From contig JBHLQM010000061.1 in the NCBI GenBank assembly GCA_048884785.1, positions 2,313 to 21,699 of the forward strand: a DNA stretch of 19,387 nt, written 5' to 3'. Position 1 is the stretch's first letter. Each line of letters begins with the position of its first letter. The stretch comes from Candidatus Thorarchaeota archaeon (GTDB lineage Archaea; Asgardarchaeota; Thorarchaeia; Thorarchaeales; Thorarchaeaceae). The notes under the pieces are model-generated. The model was given only the letters and a program-made list of their open reading frames with translations. It was not told the DNA's origin and ran no database searches. The position numbers and the translations under genes are program-made. Below are positions 1 to 7,228 of the stretch, one piece after another.

Positions 1-144
1 CAAGTTATCGAAAATGTGCAAGCCTCTAATGTGAGTCTTTCAAGCAGCATACTGGAGGAGATTGAAGCCATTCTTGATAATGCTCCGGAGTGGCCTAGAA
101 CCTATGCACCAAACATTTTCTACGAGGACCAAATGAGGAACTAA
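1..144 (+). CDS. 3' end of a probable aldo/keto reductase (truncated by the window start)
   Basis: Frame 1 is open from base 1 to TAA 142-144: QVIENVQASNVSLSSSILEEIEAILDNAPEWP... This resembles the AKR C-terminal 'QLEENL.A.dv.L..e.l.eI..il' segment. Confidence 0.7.
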   Translation, partial: QVIENVQASNVSLSSSILEEIEAILDNAPEWPRTYAPNIFYEDQMRN

Positions 145-210
145 TCAGGAACACTTCGACATCCGATTCACATTAATGGGATTGATGCAATTGTTTGAAA
201 TCGAAATACA

Positions 211-972
211 ATGACTCATCCATATAGATTGGCACAATTAACTTGGAAAGAGGTTGAAACTCGCGTCAATGAATGCAAGATAATACTTGTACCAATTGGT
301 TCCACAGAACAGCATGGTCCGGCATTGCCACTGGATAACGATTACTTCATTGCAACCCGTTTTGCTGAATTGATCTGTGAAGCGTTGTGGCCGGATGTCA
401 AAGTGACAATGGCCCCAACTATTGCCTTTGGATATTCCGCTCATCACATGGACTTCAAGGGGACCATAAGTCTTGATGAACTCACTCTAGCAAGTGTCAT
501 TGTCGATATTGTCAAATCTCTTTCTCATCATGGTTTCGAGAACATCATTCTTCTCAACGGTCACGGTGGGAATGAAACTGGTATTAGCCTCGCAATTAAC
601 AGACTTCATGAGGGATCAATTCGAAAGGTGTTCTCAATTGGCTGGTGGACAATGATTTCGGATAGGATTCCTGAACTGTTCACGAGGCCCGTATGTCATG
701 CCTGTGATATGGAAACCTCAGTGGCATGGGCTCTAGGTCAAAGAGTGCTTGAAGATCGGCGAGTTGATGAGCCCGGCAGAATCCCATATCCCGGTTTTAT
801 TGAGCCCGATATGTTATCTACGTCTGCTCAAATTCAAACTGGCCTATCAATGAAAGATTATACGGATTCTGGTGTAATAGGTTATTCAACTCGTGCGAGT
901 GTCGAAAAGGGCAAAAAGGCTGTCGAGTTGGTCGTGAATCGGATTGTAGAATTCATTAATTCTCTCATCTAA
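211..972 (+). CDS. Creatininase / creatinine amidohydrolase family metallohydrolase (ArfB/MftE-like superfamily)
   Basis: Family motifs LTWKEV, PIGSTEQHGPALPLDND, GYSAHHMDFKGTIS, NGHGGN, HACDMETS and SGVIG...AS.EKG. The substrate cannot be assigned from sequence alone. Confidence 0.92.
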   Translation: MTHPYRLAQLTWKEVETRVNECKIILVPIGSTEQHGPALPLDNDYFIATRFAELICEALWPDVKVTMAPTIAFGYSAHHMDFKGTISLDELTLASVIVDIVKSLSHHGFENIILLNGHGGNETGISLAINRLHEGSIRKVFSIGWWTMISDRIPELFTRPVCHACDMETSVAWALGQRVLEDRRVDEPGRIPYPGFIEPDMLSTSAQIQTGLSMKDYTDSGVIGYSTRASVEKGKKAVELVVNRIVEFINSLI

Positions 973-1032
973 TTTGCTTGAAGAGAAAGCATAACATTCA
1001 GATGTGTATTTGGCGAAAGCAGGTATGCTGCA

Positions 1033-1809
1033 ATGAATCTAGCTGTGGAGAATCTCCTCTCAGTCAGTATGTCTGCAGTAGTATCCTTCTTCTTCACATG
1101 GCTTCTGATTTACCTTCTAGCAAAGGTACACAAGGGACGAGAATTTCATCTCATCAAGAGAAAACCTCTCATCATTCCAGCATTGGTATTCATTCTTGTT
1201 GTTGTTTTTGTTCCTCGCCAACATATTGGTCCTCCACCCGGTCTAGAATCAAATGCCATACATCTGGAGTTGCAGCGAAATGCCTATGCAGATTTTGAGG
1301 CATATGACTGGACACCTTATATCCCGAGAGCTAGAGTTGATTATTCCTATCACTTGCAGCATGCTGAAATCATCGAATGTAGCCTTCTGGTATATGAGAA
1401 TGGCAATCTCGTGACCAATGTAACGACTTCCATATACTATTCAGGCAATCCCAACAGACTGTCTTCAGCACACTCTACATTTGACCTGAATCCCGGGAAC
1501 TATACACTCAGTTTCTCGCAGAGGGTTCTGAATTCTGATGGAGCACCAACTCCATTTTTCAGAATTGTCTCAGCCTCGTTTTATCAGCTCCAAGACTACG
1601 AATGGATAGATGTGTCACTACAATGGGAACAGTATCTTCTAGTGCTCTTCGTATCGGGGTTTGGATTGCTTCTTTTTGGCATCTACGCAACAGACCACTC
1701 TCAGGACACTCCAGAGGAGAAAGAGAGATACGATCGCAAGAGACGAGGTGAACACAACTATCCTTACAGCAGGGCCTACAGACGTGCCATGCGACGACAG
1801 AGAAAGTGA
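1033..1809 (+). CDS. Hypothetical membrane protein (2 N-terminal TM helices, beta-rich extracellular domain, C-terminal TM helix, basic tail)
   Basis: 258-aa ORF with AGGT upstream, hydrophobic segments near aa 10-31, 45-60 and 200-218, N-x-T/S sequons in the loop, and an Arg-rich C-terminus. Confidence 0.8.
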   Translation: MNLAVENLLSVSMSAVVSFFFTWLLIYLLAKVHKGREFHLIKRKPLIIPALVFILVVVFVPRQHIGPPPGLESNAIHLELQRNAYADFEAYDWTPYIPRARVDYSYHLQHAEIIECSLLVYENGNLVTNVTTSIYYSGNPNRLSSAHSTFDLNPGNYTLSFSQRVLNSDGAPTPFFRIVSASFYQLQDYEWIDVSLQWEQYLLVLFVSGFGLLLFGIYATDHSQDTPEEKERYDRKRRGEHNYPYSRAYRRAMRRQRK

Positions 1810-1844
1810 TGCTTCCTGCAAGTGTTATGTGATTCTATCTTTGA

Positions 1845-1866
1845 GCGGCGTGATTTCGCGCCACGC
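1845..1866 (+). terminator. GC-rich hairpin downstream of CDS 1033-1809, possible terminator or processing stem
   Basis: GGCGTG (1847-1852) / CGCGCC (1857-1862) with an ATTT loop, followed 12 nt later by a T5 run. Function is inferred. Confidence 0.3.
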
Positions 1867-1882
1867 AACGATAGTTTTTAAG
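1865..1882 (+). promoter_or_regulatory. Candidate archaeal BRE/TATA promoter for the putative ncRNA
   Basis: TTTTTAAG at 1875-1882 with a purine-leaning GCAACGATAG upstream. The expected start ~25 nt downstream (1905-1910) coincides with the start of the structured region. Confidence 0.5.
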
Positions 1883-1907
1883 GAGCTACTTCCTAATAGT
1901 ATATAAT

Positions 1908-2190
1908 AGTCCAACCCGAAAACGGGTTTGATGGTCGCACGCCCACCTCTCTTCTATGATACCGGGCAGGTTCCGTAGACCGAAAGTTATAACTAGAGTC
2001 GGGACCTATCTCAGTATTGAGGACCTAAGGGCGAAGAAACCGATAACGTGAGTCGACCTGTTCTTTGGCGTGCGGATCAGGTCTTGCATCTGTCTCAAAA
2101 TAGATAGAATGGAACGTGACGCAGAAAATATAGGTGGTGGCGCGGCAAGCGTCACGTTGCTTGCGGGTTTCATCGCCCACCCTATATTCG
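1908..2190 (+). ncRNA. Candidate structured non-coding RNA of unknown family (~280 nt)
   Basis: Helices read by eye: 1924-1943/2067-2084, 1964-1972/2055-2063, 2009-2013/2018-2022, 2089-2095/2102-2108, 2127-2142/2174-2188 and 2145-2150/2159-2164. Pseudoknots: 2113-2120/2151-2158 and 1913-1917/2165-2169. G-U pairs favour the + strand. About 51% GC by hand count over 1911-2190. TATA-like box upstream and T-rich tract 2191-2202 downstream. Confidence 0.68.
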
Positions 2191-2217
2191 TTGTTTTGAT
2201 TTGCTACTTCAGAGTAG
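2191..2217 (+). terminator. T-rich tract and small hairpin, probable 3' end of the ncRNA
   Basis: TTGTTTTGATTT directly follows the last stem, then a CTACT/AGTAG hairpin at 2204-2217. Confidence 0.4.
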
Positions 2218-2262
2218 TGAACCATGGTGATTTGAAGATGCAATCTTTTATGGATTAAGAGA

Positions 2263-2988
2263 TTATAATTCCCAGGCAGATTCTTTAATATCTTCGAATT
2301 GAGTGCGAGTGAGAATAATTTCATAATCAAATCCATTGGGATGAAGGAATAGCCAGTAGTGTGAAATAAAATTCGGGATGCCGGTGCTCTTCTCTATTTC
2401 ACCATAACTCGAAGAGATATACATCCCTACATCTGATTCTTGTTGATACCAACCAGCCATAAAGGTGTAAATCGATTCGTCATATGATTTACCCTGATAC
2501 CTGTAGTATCTAGGGTACTCTCCTTCTTCATCCATAATTGTGAGTTCGTTCTCAAAATGGTCATCGAAGAATTCCCAATCTCCAATTGGGAATATCAGTT
2601 TAGACAGAGTTCTTTCCAATATGCTTCTCAAGCTATATATGATATGCATACTGCTAATGCTACTCACCTTGACTTTGCCGGAATCGCCTATATTCTCAAT
2701 ATACCATTCTGTGCACATTGAGGAATTTAGATTTGGTAAATCAGAGATTCTAACAAGTATTCTTGAATTATTAAGCGGAAACCAGTATTGAAACACATCC
2801 TCTGTGCCAAAGTCTGCAAGTATCATAAAGCGATACACCAGAACCGTACCGAGAATTTGTGCCCATTCCATTGTGTTACTTTCATAGAATCCGTTTTCAA
2901 GAGTACTGGTAGGCAGAACGAAGAATCCGAAACTGCCTATAACTAGAAACACTACTAGCAGGCTCGTAAATCTTCTACTTTGTGATAT
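2263..2988 (-). CDS. Hypothetical secreted or membrane-anchored acidic protein; ORF-track start is GTG 2952, probable start is ATA 2988
   Basis: 229-aa ORF whose frame extends upstream to give ISQSRRFTSLLVVFLVIGSFGFFVLP (basic n-region plus hydrophobic helix). SD GGAGGGTGA at 3003-2995 and TATA-like TTATATAC at 3055-3048. Confidence 0.75.
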   Translation of the reverse strand: MSQSRRFTSLLVVFLVIGSFGFFVLPTSTLENGFYESNTMEWAQILGTVLVYRFMILADFGTEDVFQYWFPLNNSRILVRISDLPNLNSSMCTEWYIENIGDSGKVKVSSISSMHIIYSLRSILERTLSKLIFPIGDWEFFDDHFENELTIMDEEGEYPRYYRYQGKSYDESIYTFMAGWYQQESDVGMYISSSYGEIEKSTGIPNFISHYWLFLHPNGFDYEIILTRTQFEDIKESAWEL

Positions 2989-3120
2989 GATTTGTCACCC
3001 TCCAAATCATATTCCCTTTACCCGTGTCCAGAATTATGTGAAAGGCTGTATATAAGAACACTATATTCCGTTATGCACTTACAGATCTACATCCAAAATA
3101 GCACATGGAACTCAGGAAAA

Positions 3121-4125
3121 TCATTCTTTATCCCAGATATAACTGATAGAACCTTTCATGTGTTTAAAGCCCAGCCGCTCATAGAGACCTATTGCTGTTT
3201 TATTCATTATGTCAACCTCTAGCTTCATCAAATCATGACCATTCTCTGCTGCTCGAAGCATGCTGGTGCCAAGAACATATTTTGCGAATCCCTGTCCTCT
3301 ATACTCAGGGACAACTCCAATCCCGTGGACGAACGTGCTGTCACTATGAATGTCTATCTTAACGAAGCTCACTATATGCGTTCCATCAAAAAGCACTATT
3401 GATGCATCTTCATCAATGGGAACGTTTCTTGAGAAGAATGAATCGAAGTTCTCACGACGCTGTTCTTCTGACTGTGCAGCATACCTTCGGTCCCCTCCAG
3501 ATGCAAATGTTTTATCGTAGCTCGGCCATAATTCATCGTTCGATACTTCAGCTAGCGATTTAGTGAACATTGTTTCTGGAATTTCGCGAAGCCTGATATC
3601 TAGTTTAGTAAGATCAGCATCCATGAATGTCCACTCAAACCCTCTCCTCATGCCCGCTGCTGTGTACATTTCTCCACAAATTGCAGCATACTCTTGGTAC
3701 TCGTCTGTCAAGTTCATGAGGAACACCTCCATTCTATTCCTTCCCGACTCCTCCGTGTATCTAATACATTCCTGAACCAGGAGTTTCCCAATCTCCGCAT
3801 TTGGGGGATTTACCAATGGGTGCCATGCCAAATAGTACGCCATCGATTCTGTCCAGTGATAGACTCCTGTCCAACCCCTGATCTTGCCATCCTCTCTAGC
3901 AATTGCGATAAAATCCGGACAATCATGGGGATCACTGAACCATTTTATGATATTTTCAGGCGTACTCCCATACTTGTAGGGAATGGGAAGAGTGTTGTAA
4001 GCTAGCACTGTAAACTCAGCTAGCTCATCAACATCTATTGACTCACGGGAATGGTGTTCGAATTCAATCATGAGAAGGATTTGGTTGTCTTCTGAATATA
4101 ATAGGATGGTTGTCCGCCAATCCAT
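3121..4125 (-). CDS. Tandem-domain GNAT N-acetyltransferase (MshD-like architecture)
   Basis: The C-terminal domain has the acetyl-CoA motif IGVVPEYRGQGFA and N..AIGLYERLGF. The N-terminal GNAT-like domain is degenerate (IGKLLVQEC, MYTAAGM). The start is either ATG 4125 (AAGGAGG upstream) or ATG 4071. Confidence 0.9.
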   Translation of the reverse strand: MDWRTTILLYSEDNQILLMIEFEHHSRESIDVDELAEFTVLAYNTLPIPYKYGSTPENIIKWFSDPHDCPDFIAIAREDGKIRGWTGVYHWTESMAYYLAWHPLVNPPNAEIGKLLVQECIRYTEESGRNRMEVFLMNLTDEYQEYAAICGEMYTAAGMRRGFEWTFMDADLTKLDIRLREIPETMFTKSLAEVSNDELWPSYDKTFASGGDRRYAAQSEEQRRENFDSFFSRNVPIDEDASIVLFDGTHIVSFVKIDIHSDSTFVHGIGVVPEYRGQGFAKYVLGTSMLRAAENGHDLMKLEVDIMNKTAIGLYERLGFKHMKGSISYIWDKE

Positions 4126-4136
4126 TGTTCCTCCTT

Positions 4137-4520
4137 CTAGAAGGGAATTATCAGTGATAGAAATTCAGGAGTTGGTCGGTCAAAGAACTGATAACTCGCC
4201 ACTAAAAGCATATCCTGTTCAATTTGATTGAATTTGAAACCAGATTCAAGCAACCTGATTGCATATCTAAAGAGACCGATTGAATCCTCCAGGCATTTGC
4301 TCAAATGGCTTGAATCAATGGTTTCGCTCTCCTGCGGAAAAACAGGAATTTCAGGCAAAGAAAGCTCAATCTCCAGCAAGACACAGCTTTCTAGCCTTGT
4401 AAGAATCATGCGAACATGCGAGCTATCGTATACGGGATACGTATCATGGCTAAAATGGGCTGAGGAGGACTGCAGAGTAATAAGCTCATCATACCCCTCA
4501 GCTATTCTATCAATGACCAA
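4137..4520 (-). CDS. Hypothetical protein (~127 aa), probable TTG start at 4520
   Basis: Part of ORF 4137..4613. Starting at TTG 4520 removes the overlap with the upstream gene and puts AGGGGT upstream as an RBS. It fills the gap in a co-directional gene run. Confidence 0.65.
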   Translation of the reverse strand: MVIDRIAEGYDELITLQSSSAHFSHDTYPVYDSSHVRMILTRLESCVLLEIELSLPEIPVFPQESETIDSSHLSKCLEDSIGLFRYAIRLLESGFKFNQIEQDMLLVASYQFFDRPTPEFLSLIIPF

Positions 4521-4533
4521 CGGAATTACCCCT

Positions 4534-5376
4534 TTAGTTTTTCTGAGTTCTGCCCAATAGATAACTGATCGCCAATCCAGCAAACAGAGAATCGGCAAAC
4601 AGCTCGATTCCATGGACCATCCTCAGAAAGAGCGGGAATTGGTCTGATATAATGAAAACTGCAAGAGCACCTCCGATGTAGAGCAGCGCTGTAAGAATAA
4701 GTGCTAGTGGCTTCTTTCCTGTATCAAGTGCCATCACCAAAGGCAATACACTAAATACATAGATGAATCCCCGAAATGTCTGCAGCAAGAGAACTATCTC
4801 AATAGAGGGCAATGTAAGACTGTATCCAACTCCATCAACTGTATAGTAGGGTAGCACTATTGGCCCCACAAGGCTTCCGAACACAAAGTAGATGCCCATC
4901 CATAGCACCGAGCTCACAATGAGTCTTAATGCTAAACTGTTTCTTGAAAAACCTCCAAAGTAGTTTGCTCTCATTTCCTTAAAGCTCTTCAAGGCCCCTT
5001 TCGGTTGAAATAGGAATCCTGCAGCCAGGGCAGTTGGGAGTGTTAAGATAGTTCCAAAAATAACAGCTCCAAATATCAATTCAGGATGGCCCTCGAACTG
5101 TGTTGAGAAGAAGAAACCCTCGAGAACGGGGTTCAACATCTGAATTACATAGACTGCAATCCAAATCACTAGTATGCGCACTTTCCTTGAAACAGGCAAA
5201 TATAGCGAGGCATACCAGAGGACCAGTCCATAGAGGACTCCTGTCAATACAGTACCTAATGCAAATGCAGGGCTGATATATCCCTGAACGGGTAAAAGTA
5301 GCCCCAATGCAGTATAGATGGTTGTGAATCCCAGCACTCTAATTAGATCGTTTAGATGAAAATTCAGTGAGGTCAT
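4534..5376 (-). CDS. Hypothetical polytopic membrane protein (~8 TM, apparent two-fold internal repeat)
   Basis: 280-aa hydrophobic ORF with GTGAT upstream of the ATG and TATA-like TTATATAG at 5412-5405. Confidence 0.82.
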   Translation of the reverse strand: MTSLNFHLNDLIRVLGFTTIYTALGLLLPVQGYISPAFALGTVLTGVLYGLVLWYASLYLPVSRKVRILVIWIAVYVIQMLNPVLEGFFFSTQFEGHPELIFGAVIFGTILTLPTALAAGFLFQPKGALKSFKEMRANYFGGFSRNSLALRLIVSSVLWMGIYFVFGSLVGPIVLPYYTVDGVGYSLTLPSIEIVLLLQTFRGFIYVFSVLPLVMALDTGKKPLALILTALLYIGGALAVFIISDQFPLFLRMVHGIELFADSLFAGLAISYLLGRTQKN

Positions 5377-5500
5377 ATTTGATCACATGATGACGTCACG
5401 AATTCTATATAAGATACTTCGCCTATGTGTAGATTCGGATTCTTGACGCCTGACGGATTGTTTTGTCCGATATGCAACCAGATGATTAGGATTCGGCCAT

Positions 5501-6400
5501 TCATATAGGGATTCCTTTCAGAAGCTCTTCAAGTTTGTATTGCCTTAAATCAGGATAATTCCGAGACCTTTTCCCAAGAATTGTAGTGTATTTTGATATT
5601 ATATCACTGCTCTTGAATCGTTTAGTGATTTCATCGATCTGCGACACATCTGATGCTACAAAGGAAGCATATAGAGTGGGTTCTGTTGCGACCAGTATTG
5701 GAGTATAGAATTCGGGTATTCTATTCAGCCAATGCAGAATCTTTGGAAGGTCAGCCTTGTCTGGTCGCCACTCGACTCGCACCAAAAAACCGATTCCGTC
5801 ACCTGCGCTAAGATCCCACATGATGCCCAACCTGATACCTTCTCCCTCGACTATTTCATTGATCAAGCGTCTTACGGTTCTTGGTGCAAGTTTTGTTAAT
5901 TTTCCAATGTCTGCAACCGGCATTCGAGGGTCTTTGATCAGGTAGCGAAGAATTCGGAGGTGTGATTTAGTATAATGCACTTTCTTTCCTTTAGGATAGA
6001 GAATTGGTTCAATGCGTACCTCCTTAACACATGATTGGCTCCTCACGAACTGACTCAATTCCGACAGCCCTTCAGCACCAATATAGGTGGAGAATGCTAT
6101 GTATGAGTGACCTGAACCTGGTCCCACGACTCCAATCAATTGACTGGACCCGAGAGTATCACAGAATTCATCTTCATCTTCAGAGCCATCGGTTGTTACA
6201 TTTAGTAATGCCATATCTCCGCCAAACATCGAGAGACTTAGATCAACAGTGAAACTTGTTATCACTCCTTCCTCAACTAGCTTGTCTACTCTCTTTTTCA
6301 CGGCATTGGAGCTAATGTTCAGCTTACGGGCGATTGTTTGATAGGGTAACCTGCAATTGTATGCCAATTCCAAGAGGATTACCTTATCGAAATTGTCCAT
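5501..6400 (-). CDS. Lrp/AsnC-family transcriptional regulator with two tandem wHTH+RAM modules
   Basis: Module 1: MDNFDKVILLELAYNCRLPYQTIARKLNISSNAVKKRVDKLVEEGVI. Module 2: HLRILRYLIKDPRMPVADIGKLTKLAPRTVRRLINEIVEGEGI. Each is followed by an ACT/RAM-like region. Confidence 0.9.
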   Translation of the reverse strand: MDNFDKVILLELAYNCRLPYQTIARKLNISSNAVKKRVDKLVEEGVITSFTVDLSLSMFGGDMALLNVTTDGSEDEDEFCDTLGSSQLIGVVGPGSGHSYIAFSTYIGAEGLSELSQFVRSQSCVKEVRIEPILYPKGKKVHYTKSHLRILRYLIKDPRMPVADIGKLTKLAPRTVRRLINEIVEGEGIRLGIMWDLSAGDGIGFLVRVEWRPDKADLPKILHWLNRIPEFYTPILVATEPTLYASFVASDVSQIDEITKRFKSSDIISKYTTILGKRSRNYPDLRQYKLEELLKGIPI

Positions 6401-6535
6401 TGATAATCACACATAACCAGCAATTCAGTAGATGTATATTATTCTAGCGCCAGAGACCATGTAACGATGGTGCCATGAAGATTTCCAATGTATGCGCCAT
6501 AACCCGAAACCAGTTGGCTTCAACCCTTGGTTAAC

Positions 6536-6566
6536 CTGAGCTATATAGCTGCTATTATTAGCTCAG
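6536..6566. promoter_or_regulatory. Inverted repeat over a TATA-like element just upstream of the DUF4256 gene
   Basis: CTGAGCTA (6536-6543) and TAGCTCAG (6559-6566), overlapping the perfect palindrome AGCTATATAGCT (6539-6550). Confidence 0.4.
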
Positions 6567-6567
6567 A

Positions 6568-7149
6568 ATGAGAACTATTACTATGCCCAAGCTCAACAAA
6601 GAGTTGTCTAAAGGACAACGTGAAGAACTAATCAGAACATTGAAAGCACGTTTCGAGAAAAATATGGACCATCATAGGGGAATGGAATGGACCAAAGTAC
6701 AGGCGAAGCTGGAAGCTAGCCCTGAAAAACTCTGGTCTGTCAATGAGATGGAAAGAACTGGTGGTGAGCCGGATGTTGTCGGTCATGACAAAAAGACAGG
6801 TGAGTACATCTTCTACGATTGCTCAGCTGAAACTCCTGCAGGACGAAGAAATGCCTGTTATGACAGGGAAGCGCTGGAGTCAAGGAAATCAGCCAAACCG
6901 GAGAACAATGCGATTGATATGGCAACTAACATGGGCATTGAGATTCTAACAGAGGAACAATATCGAATTTTGCAAAAACTAGGAGAATTCGATACGAAGA
7001 CATCGAGCTGGGTGAAAACGCCTCCTGAAATCAGAGACCTTGGCGGCGCCTTGTTTTGTGACCGCCGCTATAACCATGTCTTTGTGTATCACAACGGTGC
7101 TCAGTCCTACTATGGCGTAAGGGGTTTCCGTGGCTCTTTAAGAGTCTAG
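6568..7149 (+). CDS. DUF4256 domain-containing protein (start may be ATG 6583)
   Basis: Characteristic segments LKARFEKNM.RH, KLWS.NEMERTGGEPDVV, DCSAETP.GRR..CYD, LG.FD.KTSSW, LGGALFCDRRY.HVFVYHNGAQSYY..RGFRG.L.V. Confidence 0.88.
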   Translation: MRTITMPKLNKELSKGQREELIRTLKARFEKNMDHHRGMEWTKVQAKLEASPEKLWSVNEMERTGGEPDVVGHDKKTGEYIFYDCSAETPAGRRNACYDREALESRKSAKPENNAIDMATNMGIEILTEEQYRILQKLGEFDTKTSSWVKTPPEIRDLGGALFCDRRYNHVFVYHNGAQSYYGVRGFRGSLRV

Positions 7150-7228
7150 CATAGACTTCGAAGCCTCGAACGCGATTCAAACGATAATGTTTTCACTGTA
7201 TCGTATTTTGAAATTGACAGTGATATCA

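Noticed and set aside
1807-1881. Selenocysteine read-through of the TGA ending CDS 1033-1809, with the downstream structure as a SECIS
   Set aside because: The protein has no redox-fold context, the extension is unremarkable, and I could not build a convincing SECIS core.
1899-1930. Resemblance to the group I intron S element (AUAAUAGUCC followed by a hairpin)
   Set aside because: No matching P/Q/R elements or P3-P7 core in the required order.
2070-2185. Group II intron-like ends: GUGCG at 2070 and ACCCUAU at 2179-2185
   Set aside because: They are only ~115 nt apart, with no domain V (AGC triad hairpin) and no interrupted gene. Both motifs are explained by the helices.
2109-2258. Small + strand ORF (MERDAENIGGGAASVTLLAGFIAHPIFVVLICYF..., part of ORF 2070..2258) with a hydrophobic stretch
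   Set aside because: There is no clear RBS, it overlaps the best-paired RNA domain, and the hydrophobic run comes from the T-rich tract. A peptide under a structured leader cannot be fully excluded without Ribo-seq or dN/dS.
1908-2260. RNase P RNA, SRP RNA, tmRNA, tRNA, hammerhead/pistol ribozyme or fluoride riboswitch identity for the structured region
   Set aside because: Diagnostic motifs (GAGGAAAGUCC with ACAGAA..GCUUA, SRP helix 8, T-loop cloverleaf, CUGAUGA/GAAA core) were not found on either strand; only short chance-level matches.
4115-4579. 10-nt repeat CGCCAATCCA at ~4115 and ~4570 flanking the small hypothetical gene
   Set aside because: Too short to exceed chance, one copy lies inside a coding region, and there is no transposase or terminal inverted repeat.
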